This document shows positions 39,645 to 54,671 of a DNA stretch of 64,000 nt, piece by piece. Where the stretch lies: NCBI GenBank assembly GCA_951406725.2, contig OX597814.1, positions 136,834,001 through 136,898,000 of the forward strand, written 5' to 3'. Position 1 is the stretch's first letter. The number at the start of each line of letters is the position of its first letter. Origin of the DNA: Octopus vulgaris. Taxonomy: Eukaryota. The position numbers and the translations under genes are program-made. The notes under the pieces are model-generated. The model made no database searches, was not told the DNA's origin, and saw nothing but the letters and a program-made list of their open reading frames with translations.

Positions 39645-40460
39645 TTGGTTTCAAATTTTGGCACTAGACCATTAATTTCAAGGGAGAGTGTATGTCAATT
39701 ACATCAACCCTAGTGTTCAACTGCTATTTGTTTTATCGACTCCGAAAGGGTGAAATTCAAAGTCGACTCTAGCGGTATCTGAACGTTGAACGTAAAGACG
39801 GGCGAAATACTGCTAAGCATTTTTCCCAGAGTGGTAACTATCTGCCAGCTCGCCGCTTAATATTAGTTTATTAGTTTCAAATTTTGGGCAGAAGGCCAGC
39901 AATTTTAGGGGACGGGTAAGTCAATTACATCGACACTAGTGTTCAACTGGTATTTATTTTATCGACCCCGAAAGGATGAAAGGTAAAGTCGACTTGGGTG
40001 GAGTTTGAACTCAGACGAAAAGACAGACGAAATACTGCTAAGCATTTTGCCCGGCGTGCTAAGTATTCTTCCAGCTCGCAGTCTTAAAGGCTTAACTAAT
40101 ATTAATAATTGAGCTGTTTTCTTCACCGCACCATATAAATATTGCTCATTAATTAGATTTTAACCGTTTCTCATTAAGTATATCTAACTTGATCAGTCCT
40201 TAACTTGGTAGTAGTTGAAATATTCATTCGGATAATATTTTATTCGAGAAGCGGTTGACTGGCAGAATCGTTAGTGCGTCAGATAAAAATAGTTAATGGC
40301 ATTACTTCCGGTCCTTTACGTTATGAATTCTAATTCCGCTAACGTTGATTTGTCACTTTCAAAGTCAAGAAAATAAGTACAACTAAACACCGGGCTCCCT
40401 GTAATCAACTAAAACTCCTTCACTTAAAATTGCTGGCCTGACGCCAAAATTTTAAGCTAT
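39645..40460. mobile_element. Cluster of three SINE family B copies (two on minus, one on plus)
   Basis: ttatcgaccccgaaaggatgaaagg, ctgccagctcgccgc and forward equivalents. Confidence 0.85.
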
Positions 40461-43400
40461 TATTTTATTCTAGAGGGCTCAACGTTAACCGTGGTTGAGC
40501 TATTGAAATCAAAATTCAATAATTTACTCGTTAAATCATTTTTATTCTCTCCTCTTCTTACGAAATATTTCTTAATAACCATTTACTTTATTGGTTTGTT
40601 TGTTGACATGGTTGATACTTTATACTCACAATATGTTCTTATATTATAGTACTTAAGAAACATCATTATATCTTATCAGGCCCTACTCCGATTTAAACGT
40701 ATTAGAGGTAATTAGCATAATTTATTTGGCGGTAATATAACACAGGGGAATATTTCGATTTACTAGCATCACAGACTTCTACGACGTGGCAGTGCAAATA
40801 CGTTTTTTTAAAAAATTGATGTATTTTTTTCCAGAGATGAATTATAAAGTGTTTTAGAAATGCAGAGATGTATTTCAAAACTACTGCATACTTTTGTGTA
40901 TTTGTCACCGTTATTTTTATGGTTGTTACTTTGCTATGCTTTCGATTTCTTTAACTGATTTAACAGCTTCCCTGAGAACAATATGTTTAATTTTTATTTT
41001 TTTATCACTAATTTGCTGCCCTGTTCTTTGCACCAGACACGATTTATAGGAACATCATTGAATAAGTAACAAATAACTCCACTTTTGAAAAAGGCTATTT
41101 GAGATAAAATACAAAATACATATTACAATGTTCTACAAATCCCTAGTGCGTACCAAAAATATTTTACAATTCGTTATTACTGCTGATTTGTCTGAAATTC
41201 AATGAAAATTTATCTTAGATTTAAAAAAAAAATCTTAAATAAATGTAGATTCTTAAAGTGTAAAATCCAAATACATTATTCGGTCGGCAGACAGTAAGTC
41301 GCACCAAATTTCTTTGTTTGCATACAGTTAATTTCTTTTATAGTTATATTAATTCTTAGACTATAAATATAGCTCCTTGTGCATTTCATAACAATACGTG
41401 GCATATGTGCAATTATGGGCATCACATCAGCAATTTATTTTCTATCCATTAACTAGATTAATATTTTATTTCATTCGCATGACTAAATTTGTAAACAATA
41501 ATTTATTTTCATTCATCAAAACACCAGAGGAGAACACAGTCTCTTAAATCTGTTCCAGTGTTTAATTGATACTGACAGTTACTTGAAACATTGCAAAATT
41601 CAGACTGTCCCCTCTTTCTTGGGATGTTTTCTTCTTATTCCGACATAAATTAAACGTTATTGCTAGCACTGTGATATACGCAAATTGACGTGTCAAAGCT
41701 AAAAATAATATTTTTTAAACAACAAAAGCATTTATCAGGTTGCATTTACTGTCAAAGTAATTTTTGCCTGGACAGAGATTTTACTTTGTTTACATAGACG
41801 TATTCATGTACGAAACGACATATCTTTCAGTGCTGGCTCTAAACTTTATAGAAAGTCTGTAATTTACACTTTAAAAATGAAAACAACGCACTGCTAACAC
41901 AAAGTAGTATGCAGTATTCACTTAAAAGCCTTTAATATACTTGGTACAATATTAAGATGGCAAAACGAAATACGGTGTCCCTACCAGCAACTAATATATA
42001 CATACCAGCTGCCAGGAATATGTCTAATATTTAAAATTGGTCTATCCTATTGTGTAACACCGCTAAACTTAGTAGCTATTTAAGCAATCAATTTGCGGAT
42101 GGTTAATGGCTCGCGAAGGGGCAATAACTCCTGAAATATGTATACACAGCCATTACCTTATTTACTAGCTTCGACAGTATTGTTTACATTGTCGTATGCG
42201 AAACGTCGTAACCTTTCAGGACTGGTTCTAAATTCTATAGAAAATCCGTAGATTTAAAAAAAAATGAAAGATTTTATTGTTCAAAAGTATTACTTCCTGT
42301 GACAGAATACCACAGAGTATGCCGTCGCTCATTTTCACTAAAATACTGTTGTGATTTTTCTTGATTTTATAAGTAGTAAGTCGGACCACATTAATCTAAA
42401 AACTGCATTTATTTCTTACAGTCTTCACCTCTTAACAAACCTCTTTACTTCGGTTCTATGAAACAATTTAAACTTAATACTCTTAACTCAATGTATTTAC
42501 ATACAGCTTGCGTTTCTTGGAACAATGTCCTGTAAATAATTGTTCATTTGTGTAAAGTTCGTTACTGGTTAATGCACGGCTGTGATTTACTGCATGATAA
42601 TTCTGCGATTCAAATTCGATATATTGATAGATAAATCAATTTCGTTCTCCCTTATTCTTCATATCTATAATTTCCAGTCGCAGTCAGGAACCTACAAAGT
42701 GATGAACTCCACCAAAATGACTCGTCTTTAAAACATTATATAAATAGGAAAACTTCCGTGTTGACCCAACAATCCTTTAATGGTTACCGTACAAGTTCAT
42801 GTTCGGAGAAATTCGCTTTACATTTCGTTGTTGATGTTGTTGTCGTCGGTGTTGTTGTTGTTGTTGGTGGTGGTGGTGGAGGTGGTGGTGGTGGTGTGTG
42901 TGTGTGTGTGTGTGTGTAGAGGGATGATAATGGAAAGATGGAGGATTAGCTGCAAATCACTTTTGATCGAACAAAGTTATGATCACAGGTATTTCAGTCA
43001 TAGCCATCCCCTCTGTTTTATAGACAAATTGTATTTAGGAGACCCATAACTACAGAACTACATTATCGTATGTGACCTTCCATTTTGAAGACTCTAGTGC
43101 ACTGATTTTCAAACAGTGTGCTTCACGGGTATCTAAATATGCTATGCATTTTTAAAAAGGTTTTTAGAAAACCTATACTTGTGCTTCAGCGTCATGAAAA
43201 CAAGCTGATTATTTTTTTATATATATGCATGTTTCATAAATAAAAAACGGTAAACAATGTTTTTCTATGACTATTTTTGTAAATTTATAACTTTAAAACA
43301 TTGTTTTCCATTACTTGCCAGATGCACGAGTAATTTATTTTATTTATTTATGTATTTATTTATTATAAAAGAATAAAAGATAGCTTTAGAGTATGATTTT

Positions 43401-43945
43401 AGGGAGATTTGGCAACTATAGCCAGCAGGTTGAGTGGCCGTTTAGAAGATCTCTCATTATTTGGTCGCTTGTTTTTCTCTTTCTTCATTTTATTCTGTGT
43501 TGAAATTTCTTTAATCACAATTTTCTTTCGACAACGATAATACCTTCAGATACATCTGATTTATAGCTTAATAATATACAGAATTACATTTCGACAGATT
43601 GGCACTAGTTGTTCAAGAACCAGACAATTGAATGTCATTAAACTCTCTTTAGAAAATAATTTTAACAACGCCTCTTCGTTGTCTGGATACAGCGAAGCCA
43701 CCATTATTTACTCTTTTCATCGACTTTAATGACGACAGAAAAATAGAAGCAAAAAATAAAACAGTAAATAAATGGCGAGCGCACAGACACACACAGATAC
43801 TTATACGTGTGTATATGTGAGTACACAGAGTGAGGCATTGACAAATACATATTTCTGCTCATAAAGTCTGCATACACATAAATATATGAACACTTATGTA
43901 CTGACTAGCAAAATTACACACATATCTACAATAGAGACTTTCATA

Positions 43946-44319
43946 TCTCTCTCTATATAAACGGCAGTTTGTCTGTGCGTTTTCTGTGTGTCTGTTTTCT
44001 CGTACCCTCACCCTGACCACGGTTTTCAACCGATTCTGATGAAACTTGACACACACATAGACCAATGTCATAATTCAAAACTAACGCAGCGAAAATTTTG
44101 AAAAGTTCCCCCAGTTCTGAAAAAAATCGATAAATTCGACATGGGGTCAAGAATCAGAAACCCAAACCACAGACCGTCTAGGGGACGCAACTCCACCTTT
44201 TTTAACTCTGAAAAAAAAATTTACCATCATTTTTTTTCTATTTTTTGGCTATAACTCTCTAAAAATGCTTTATAGTTATTTCCCTTACAAACCTGAGCAA
44301 CGCCGGGCGATACTGCTAG
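43946..44319 (+). mobile_element. Non-autonomous Helitron sharing its 3' end with 27200-27712
   Basis: a|TCtctctctatataaa ... tttcccttacaaacctgagcaacgccgggcgatactgCTAG|t. Confidence 0.85.
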
Positions 44320-44717
44320 TAATGCATAAAATGCAAATATAGGCGTACACAAATTAATACACATACAACACGAATATATGCTACATCCATGGAATACATA
44401 CAAACACACATGCAGTTGAATATATATATATATAGTATATAAGCAATAAATGCGTGCGATATATATATATCCACGCATACATACATTTTCGAGCAGGTGG
44501 TAGGTCAAAATGCACTTTAAACTTCCAACCGCAAAGAGATAAACCACACACACATACAATCATATATATATTATACACATATACTCACAAAATCAGAAAG
44601 GGTACTGTTAATTCGAAAATTACAATGACAATGCATGCATTTATATAACAATAAAGACGTATAAAGCATTCTAGAAATTTAGTCTGAAGTATGCAAACGT
44701 GTATGTGTGTGTGTGTG

Positions 44718-44801
<84 letters not shown>

Positions 44802-45129
44802 GACACATACGGACGTACGTAGATGACCGCTACATAGATAAAACGTACAAATCCATGCACGCAGTGAATTGCATACATACGCATACATATGAGTGTGTGT
44901 TCATATATGTAAAAATACAAATATGGAAGCACACATGCAATATATATACATACATAATATTGGTTTCAACATCGACCCCAGTTCTCAACTGGTAATTATT
45001 TTATCGACCCCGAAAGGATGAAAGATAAAGTGGAATTTGGCGTAAAATCGGAAGAAATACCGCTAAGCATTTTATTCGACGCGGTGACAATTCAGCCAGC
45101 TTGCCGTCTTACACACACATATAATATTT

Positions 45130-46244
45130 CCCATAATTTATCCGTGGACAACCGAAAGATCTCTGCCCGGAAACAGCTGGATTTAATTACATTTTCTGCT
45201 GATATAGGAATGGAGATTAGTCAAAAGAAATGTTCATATTTAACACCTGAACTTAGAAAAAAAATGTTCCCCAAACTTAGACGTACGTAGATGACCGCTA
45301 TATACTTGCTGTGTTCCACAAAATGAGTGCCACAAATACCTCGGTGATGATTAAAATATTTCACAAAATGGTACCGTGAACAAGAAGAGAATAGCCATAG
45401 AAAATCAGTAGACTTCAAAATATTTGGTAATCAGAGCTTTCCTCTTACAAGAAGACAATATCCCTCGATGGATTTGATGTACCAATACTGATATCAACGT
45501 TTCGGATATTCAACTGGTTAAGGAGGAAATCCACTCCATAGACATTTAAAGTCATAAGATCATGACATTGGTTGCAAATTTCCACAGAAACAGCAATATC
45601 GACTGACTCTGTGAAAAGAAAAGAACGAAGAAAAGGCTTAAGATTAGTACAAATTGCATTCGAACATTGTGTGATATCGCTCAGACAACACCTGCTAAAC
45701 AATAGCAGCGAAAATGAATACATCAATCATGTGTTGATAAATGAAGTGAATAACATCTTGCAGGTGGGCAGTGAACTTCTCAAGAAATACTCATTTCCTG
45801 ATGACCTCTCTAAGAAGAGAAATACTCGACAAAAACCACAAAAAGGTAATACATTGGTATATTTCCTGTAAACTAGGAAATATTTACGTGATGTATAAGC
45901 CTGTTCTCGACTCGCAATGGACACATCATATCACATCTTGATAGCTATATCACGTCACATCTTGATAGCTATATCACGTCACATCTTGATGGTGATGCCT
46001 TAGCAATCCAAGAGCAGAGCTAGCTACAAGATATCTCATGAACAAACAAAACAGCAAAGCCGTTAAACGTTCGAAGATGCAACTGCATGTGTCAAATATG
46101 TCCCTTTTCTGTGGATGAAACAGCGAGTTTTAATCAACAGATGTCCAAACATTTCATCGAGTACTAGCTTCCATTGTGACATCATGTTGTTGCTAAAACA
46201 ATTTACTATGCCATCTGCAGAAAAGACTGTCCTGGGATAAATGC

Positions 46245-46277
<33 letters not shown>

Positions 46278-47095
46278 CGTGTGTGTGCGTGTGTGTGTGC
46301 GTGTGTGTGTGTGTGTGTGCGTGTGTGTAGGTGTAGGAGTGGCTGTATGGTAAGTAGCTTGCTTACCAACCACATGGTTCCCGGTTCATCGCACTGCGTG
46401 GCACCTTGGGCAAGTGTCTTCAACTATAGCCTCGAGCCGACCAAAGCCTTGTGAGTGGATTTGGTAGACGGAAACTGAAAGAATCCTGTCGTATATATAT
46501 GTGTGTGTATGTATGTGTGTGTCTGTGTCTGTGTTTGTCCCTCCCCAAAACATCGCTTGACAACCGATGCTAACTTAGCGTTTCGGCAAAAGAAACTACT
46601 AGGCTTACAAAAAATAAGTCCTGGAGTCGATTTGCTCGATTAAAGGCCGTACTCCAGCATGGCCACAGTCAAATGACTGAAACAAGTAAAAGAGTAAAAG
46701 AGTAAATATATATAACACCTCTGCTATGGAATGCATACATACTTATCAGAATTATCAGAAAATGGAATATTGTTGGAATATTCCCATCAAAACCTCTATC
46801 AAATACAAACGTAACAGACCTGGCATAGTTGTTTGGGACAAAAAGAAAAGTCATGTACAGTCATAAAGTGGGTTACCCGACAGTTGTGAACATTTCTTCC
46901 AAGATCATAGATAACATTTATAAGCATCAGCTTGGAAAGCTGCAACTTCACATTCATACCAATAATCATTGGTACACTCGGTTATGTTAGTCACAATTTG
47001 GAGAGGCTAGAATTTCAAGCAAAGAGACCGGCTAACACGATCTTTAGAATACAATCAGTAAGTAGAATAGAGAAGATACGCAAAACTTTCTTAAG
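45130..47095 (+). pseudogene. Decayed R4/Dong-like (RLE-type) non-LTR retrotransposon, copy A, split by a SINE and microsatellite
   Basis: FSADIGMEISQKKC, FHRNS, GLRLVQIAFE..ISLRQHL, AIQEQ, WNIPIKT..RNRP, FIPIIIGTLG. Confidence 0.75.
46330..46705 (+). mobile_element. Full-length SINE family A
   Basis: A-box-like tggctgtatggt, B-box-like ggttca, internal (TG)n, tail atgactgaaacaagtaaaagagtaaaagag. Confidence 0.92.
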
Positions 47096-47409
47096 TCAGT
47101 ATGTACAAATTACACTGGTCAACACAATTAAATGTATTATACTCATTATGAATGCAAACCAATTTTTTTAGACTAATTTTTCATGCTGATTTCAAAATTT
47201 CACTCCATTTGTATGCAGCATGTATCACTTTTACAGTAGATGCATGCAAATATTTACGTATTTGTAGATATGAAATCATTAACGTAATAAATAAGGGCAT
47301 ATTATTTTTAGAAATTAAACGAGTTTATTGAATAAAAATTCATCACTATCATTCTACAAATAAAGAAGACACAAAAAATGGGTCAGACAAAATAAAGTTA
47401 GAAAAACAA

Positions 47410-48278
47410 TGCATTGGCAGTACCAGTGCTAATCCCAACATTTGGGATACTTGATTGGTCTGTAAAGGGAATCCACTCCATAGATATCAAAACCCGCAAA
47501 ATCCTGACACAACTAGGCACTTCCACAGAAACAGTGATGTTGAAAGGCTCTACCTAAGAAGAAATGCAGATGGTAGAGGCCTGTGATCAGTACAGACGGC
47601 CTTCGAATGCCGTATGGTATCACTCAGGCAACACCCGCTAAACAACAGCAGCAAAAATAAATATATTAAAGCTGTCCTTTAAAGTGAAGTGAGCAACATT
47701 GTACGAGCTGCTAGCGAACTCCTCAAGAAGCACTCTATTCCTGATGATCTCCTATATAGCCCCAAAACAGCTGGGCTCTCTTATCTCAGGGAAGACCTGA
47801 ATTGAAAGCACTCAGCATTAAAAAAGAAGACCATGTATGGGAATGTTGCCCGGAAGCTTGAAGAAGACAGTAGAATTGACACGAAGCACAGCCTGTCTTG
47901 GTCACAAGACCACTACATCACATTACACTTTGAAGGCTATGCGTTTGCAATCCTGGAACAGGAGATTGCTACAAAGTACCTGGTGAACAAGAGATACAGT
48001 GACGCTCTTGTAATCCCAAGATGCAACCGCATGTGTAAGCTATGCCATGTTCCTGTGGAAGACAGTATGCATGTGATTAGCAGCTGTCCTAAAATGTTGT
48101 CACGGTACTACCTCCCTATGTAGCACGATGTTGTTACAAAAACAATTTACAATGCCATCCGCAAAAAAGACTATCCTGAAATAAACTTACAAACTCCCTA
48201 ATAAACACAAACCCAATGAATACTGGTGGAATATTCCCATCAAAACTTCTGTCAAATGTAAGCATAACAGGCCGGATT
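47410..48278 (+). pseudogene. Decayed R4/Dong-like non-LTR retrotransposon, copy B (RT C-terminus, CCHC, start of RLE)
   Basis: DIKTRKIL, FHRNSDVERLYL..GRGL, EGYAFAILEQEIAT, CKLC..EDSMHVISSC, HDVV, EYWWNIPI..KHNRPD. Confidence 0.85.
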
Positions 48279-48855
48279 TCTTACATTACAAGTCCAATCT
48301 GTGAGTGGAACTGTAAAAATATACAAGACTTTTCTCAAGTACCAAATGCGAATTTGTCTGTGTTAACTACATCCCAAAGATGGAGCCTTGTATCTTTGAT
48401 GGAAATCTTCTCCCTCCTCAGTAGAAGATTTATAATAATTAAAAAATAGAAGAGACATACATACATACATACTTGCTCACATACATACATACTTGCTCAC
48501 ATACATATATACGTACCTAAGTACGTACATACATACATACATACATACATACATACATACATACATACATACATACATACATACATACATACATACATAC
48601 ATACATACATACGTACGTACATAGCCACTTATGTGATATCCAAATTACAATGAAAGATTTTGTTTGAGAATTGGGACACCTTCTTTACTGCATAGAAATG
48701 TGAAAAGTAAAATCAGAAATGTGTGTATGTGTGTATACGCTCATACACGAGCGTGCACGCACACACACACACACACTCATACACATACATACATACATGA
48801 TGCACATACACTAGTACAAGCATACGTACCTATGTATTTGCATACATATAATGCA

Positions 48856-48889
<34 letters not shown>

Positions 48890-49089
48890 ACATATAGGCA
48901 TAAAAACATGAATACCATACAAACAAACAATACATGAAATACATAAATTCGTAATTTTGATACCTGAAATTACTAAACATGTTTATGGCTGCTGAAATAA
49001 ATGCGCACATGTTGCACTAGTTACTGTTATAGAAAGGCTCATAAAATCCTGGTTAATTATCCTGACACATGAAACTAAGCATGACGATA

Positions 49090-49153
<64 letters not shown>

Positions 49154-49260
49154 AATCTATTTATTTATCTATCTATCTATCAATATACACACACACGCGT
49201 GAAGGCGCGAGGCTTAGTGGTTAGGGCATTCGGCTCACGACCGTAACGTCGGGAGTTCTT

Positions 49261-49318
<58 letters not shown>

Positions 49319-49372
49319 TATACATATGTATATATGTACATATATATATATAAATATTTGCATATGTGTGTA

Positions 49373-49404
<32 letters not shown>

Positions 49405-49480
49405 CATATATATGTGAGTTTGTGTGTGTGTGCGTGCATGCATATGTATATACGTATACATACGTATGCTTGTATGATTC

Positions 49481-49560
<80 letters not shown>

Positions 49561-49899
49561 TTTCGAAAAATATAGCGTAGAAGTGCTCAAGTTGAAACCG
49601 AGGCGCTAGACAAGTATAATAGATACAGTAGAAAAGGTTCAAATCAGGTAGATTACGATTAACACATACATATCTAGCGTAAGCACAATTTTCCCTGATG
49701 TTGGGGGCCTTCTATGGAAATAAATCTTAAGATTCTTATGTAATCTGCACGAATGCATACCTGAAACGATCATTGGAACACATTATTTTCCTCTAGCATG
49801 TTACCCAAAACTCTTTTTAATGCCCGTTACTTTCTCTATATTATGTTTACAAGTTTTAAAAAACGTATTTTTCTATATTTCATTATTTTTATACTCTCT

Positions 49900-50075
49900 T
49901 TTTTCTTGTTTCAGTCATTTCACTACGGCCATGCTGAAGCACCGCCTTTAGTCGAGCACCCAGGACTTATTCTTTAGAAGTCTATTACTTATTCTATCGG
50001 TCTCTTTTGCCATCGGTTGTTAAGCGATGTTAACGGGGAACAAACACATACACACAAATATATACACGCACAGAC

Positions 50076-50115
<40 letters not shown>

Positions 50116-50292
50116 ATACATATATACGACGGGATTCTTTCAGTTTCCGTCTACCAAATCCACTCACAAGGCTTTGGTCGGCCCGAGGCTTTAGTAGAAG
50201 ACGTTTGCCCAAGATGCCACGCAGCGGGAATGAACCCGGAACCATGTGGTTGGTAAGCAAGCTACTTACCACACAGCCACTCCTACGCCTAT
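49900..50292 (-). mobile_element. SINE family A
   Basis: Tail-to-head motifs on the reverse strand. Confidence 0.9.
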
Positions 50293-50513
50293 TTATCTAT
50301 AGTCTATTATTATCATTATGTTTACATAACTATATATCTATATGTTCATGTATATTTATAGTATTCATATATTCTTATATTTCTATATTATTATATTTCT
50401 AATATATCAATATATGTTTCAGATTGGACAACTTTTATTTTATCTTAATTAAACCTGTGTATGTATGTGTTAGTCGTAGTCTGCCTGATTTGAACCTTTT
50501 CTATTGTATCTAT

Positions 50514-50562
<49 letters not shown>

Positions 50563-50801
50563 GGGTATTTATATTTATATAAGTATATATGAATTAATAT
50601 ATTAATATATATATGTATGTATTGTGTATATATGTGTGTGTATGTGTGTACATGTGTGTGTTTGCATGCGTGTGTGTGTGTGTACTTATAATTGATTTAT
50701 CGTTCGAAAGGAAACCTCCTAAAAGTAAGTTTCTCTCTCCACCCTCCCTCTTTCTCTCCCCCCCCATCTCTCTCTCTCTGCCTCTCACTATCTGTCCCTG
50801 C

Positions 50802-50850
<49 letters not shown>

Positions 50851-51216
50851 TGCTTTTCTCTCTATCTCTTTGTACTTCTCTTTTTTTATTTCAACACTTT
50901 ATATACTGCCTTTTCCTTTACATAAATCCACCAATTGTATATGCGATGTTCTACAATAATTGTATGCGATGCTCTATAACAGCAAGGAAATTCAATGCAA
51001 CCTATAATTTCTTTATTGACGATCTTAAGATCTTACACTAGGAAAATCCACACTTCTGAGAGACAGCTAGATTTAATAACATTTTTAACTGTAATTTAAC
51101 CAAGAAAACATTCAAACCTAATAGTAGAACTTGCGCAAACTGTATTGAATACCGAAGCATCTATATCAACGACTTACTCTCTCTGAACGTCTCTCTCTCT
51201 CCCTTTCTCTCTTTCC

Positions 51217-51322
<106 letters not shown>

Positions 51323-51338
51323 CATATATATGTATATT

Positions 51339-51398
<60 letters not shown>

Positions 51399-51644
51399 CC
51401 CACTCTCTTTTAAGGAATGAATTCTTTGGTACTGATGTACTGATGAAAATATTTCAGTCAGTATTACTACGAACAAAAATGAAATTGCTAAGTCTAAGAA
51501 ACATATAAGCAGTGGAAATTTTTCTCAAGCATAACAATGTCTCACAATGCATTTGAAGTGCCAGTTCTTGGAATAGTGATGAGGATATGAAATTAGACAT
51601 GAGATAGACTTTCCCTCAGTGACGTTAAAATTATTTCTACTTAT

Positions 51645-52270
51645 TACAGGCACCAGGTCCGAAATTTTGGGAGAGAGGGATAGGCGATTACATCAAACCG
51701 AATACTTAATTGGTATTTATTTTATCGACCTCGAAAGGATGAAAGACAAATTCGATCTCAGCGGGATTTGAATTCAAAACCTAAGCCGGGAGAAATACCT
51801 ATTTCTTAACTACCCACAAGGGGCCAAAGACAGAGAGGACAAACAAGGACAGACAAACGGATTAAGTCGATTATATCGACCCCAGTGCGTAACTGGTACT
51901 TATTTAATCGACCCCGAAACTGATGAAAGGCAAAGTCGACCTCGGCGGAATTTGAATTCAGAACGTAGCAGCAGACGAAATACCTATTTCTTTAATACCT
52001 ACAAGGGGCTAAACACAGAGAGGACAAGCGAGGACAGACAAACTGATTAAGTCGATTATATAGACCCCAGTGCGTAACTGGTACTTAATTTATCGATGAA
52101 AGGCAAAGTCGACCTCGGCGGAATTTGAACTCAGAACGTAACGACAGACGAAATACGGCTAGGCATTTCGCTTGGCGTGCTAAACTTTCTGCCAGCTCGC
52201 CGCCTAAGCCGGAAGAAATACCGCTAAGCATTTTGTCCGATGTGCTCACGTTTTTGTCAGCACTTCGCTT
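51645..52270 (-). mobile_element. Nested SINE family B: young copies inserted at the GGTATTT site of an older copy
   Basis: TSD taagccggRagaaatacc at 51782-51799 and 52205-52222; internal junction gaaatacc|tatttc at 51984. Confidence 0.9.
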
Positions 52271-54671
52271 CAGTACTCACACCTGAAATAAACTTCGGGA
52301 GATGTTTAACATCAGTCCAAACAGTTTCTGATAGCGATCGCATAACACTCTGAAACAAGATACATCAACCAAGCATTCAAAATAAGGAAAACAATATCGT
52401 GTAAGCCATAAGGGAAGTTTTCGTGTTAAAAGCTTGCAAATATCTTACATGACCTAAGACCTAACTCCCTAGAGGATAAATAAACAACTAAATAGCTAAA
52501 AGCTATGTGTGGGTATGCACCCACCATCAGCTTGAGTATGGTGTCAACATCAATGTCATCATCGACAGGAAGTGTAACCACTCTGGTTTAGATGACTTTT
52601 ACAATTTGTCACATTTCAAAGGTTATATTTTAGTAATCCCGAAAACGAGAGACAGCTGTACAATAGCTCACGAACCACAGAGATAATGTGAAGCCAGCCA
52701 TAGGATCCCATGATGCAACTGACAGTAGCGTCAGTGTGTCGCATTTCAGTATATGACATTTAACATAATCCGTAGCTTAAGGAGAATGTCAATGAATTAG
52801 GTTCTTAGTGGCGGCATGGTGTTGTGAAACCAAGATATACGATATTGCCTGTAGGAAACACTGCGCTGTGGTGACTATAAAAATACCACTGGCTAAGAAT
52901 ATATCCGCATACCTTCAGTACAAATAATGTTAATGTCAGCCTCTATGGATTCGCTGGACCTGCCAGAAATCGCAGCTAAATCTTATTTAAGTGACAACTT
53001 TCCATCTTCAGAAGTGAGTGATATATTGGATAGAATAGCTCTCGATACCGAATATACTAGAAATAGACGAAATGGTCATGAACGAAACACCATTCGGTCT
53101 TAGCTTTGCTTTGTCAGGGGCTAACAACTACAACCCCCACTCCCCACCCAAAAAAAAACAATATTTTCATTGGAAAAGTTGCAAGAAAAAAAGGGAAACA
53201 GTATGGAAAGTCTTTCATAAACTTCAACTTTTATACACAGAGTATAGATATACCTACAAAATTACAAAAACTGATCAAAAGAGGAGTAACTCGAGTCAGC
53301 CAATTTAGATAATTCATGTAGGTGGTGTTGTATTAGATGACATACGTAACTAAATTCTCTGGAAATTGAAATTTGTCTTTAGTGGGAAAATGAATTTAAA
53401 AGTCTAGCGGTAGTTGCCAACAATTCTCAGAGACAAAGATAGAGAATTTTCATCCTCAGAGGAAAAAATTTGATTTTTGTGTGTTAACAAGTTCATAGTT
53501 GATGCTTCCAAATGACAACAATACTTTTCCACATTAACTGTTTCATTTTCATTGAACACTTCGTGGTGGATGACACTACCTCATGTCCCACCTAGAGCAT
53601 GACATTTTTTCAAGCGTTGTTCTGGTTTGAGTGCTAATTGTTGTCACTTGTGATGATTATACTCAGGAACGGTTCGGTAGCAAGTCTACTCTTCAATGAC
53701 GAGCAGAGAGCAACTCTTTAAGCTGACAAGCAGTTTAATGATAAGGTATCCACTATGTTTAGACACATTTCCCAATCCATGAAGATAATCGAAATATGAC
53801 TTGATTTGAACTGTTTTGTTAATTCTCATGCCATTTGCTACCACTTTTCAGAAGACAAATATTGGCAGAACTTGGTCAAACAGATCGAGGAGAAGCTTCG
53901 AGGGGGAAATTTCCTGACTGAAACTGGCAAAATCACTGCTGGAATGTCGAACAGTTAAAGCTCTATTTCATTAGACAACGAATATTTTTTGCCATTTCCA
54001 TTGCTGAAGAACCTCTTTTGAATATACGCAATATCGATACAGGTCTAATCTAAACTTGTTCTAAAAGGTTAAAATTCGATGCTACGGTATAAAGTAATCC
54101 ACAAAGGAAGAAAAACAGAATGTAAAAACTAATGCTTATTTTGTTGTGACTATTGAGAAAGGAAGCTCAAAGTGATTGTGTCAAAAATGCGACAGAACTT
54201 TCTTTCCAGTCTAATACATTGTATACGGTCTGAGATTTCAACATATATATTGTAAAAGAATTATATTGTGAGTGCTTGTTTTTCTTATTTCTTTTAAACA
54301 TATTTAATAGTATTTCTACTTTTACCATCAATATGTTTTACGTATTACTTTTATTGATGTATCTTCACTTAACCAAGTGAGATCAATTACATTGAGAGAA
54401 CGGGAAGAAAGTAAGAAAATTTACTACTACTAATTCAAATCATGACGTCTTCAATTGACCTAGGCAAAATCATTAAGACGTTTCCTGCTCTGAAATAGTA
54501 AACAAGATGTTGATTACTAAAGCACATCATTGCAGTCCAGTCAGCATAGAAATTTCAACTCACGGAAATTGTCCCGTGAGGGAGAATGGTTATGAAACAT
54601 ATTTAATAGTTGTGTAATATTTTGAGGACGTAAAAGATTACGTTATTTTTATTTTTATTTTTTTTTTTCCA

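Noticed and set aside
49199-49260. tRNA-like sequence (ggcttagtggttagggc..), also the heads at 54800-54874 and 59440-59510
   Set aside because: These are SINE heads: truncated or continuing into SINE body, with no complete cloverleaf acceptor stem
53667-53958. Two possible plus-strand exons (ag|GAACGG..GATAAG|gt and ttttcag|AAGAC..., EDKYWQNLVKQIEEKLRGG)
   Set aside because: Stops in all frames of the first block, incompatible phases and no recognisable homology
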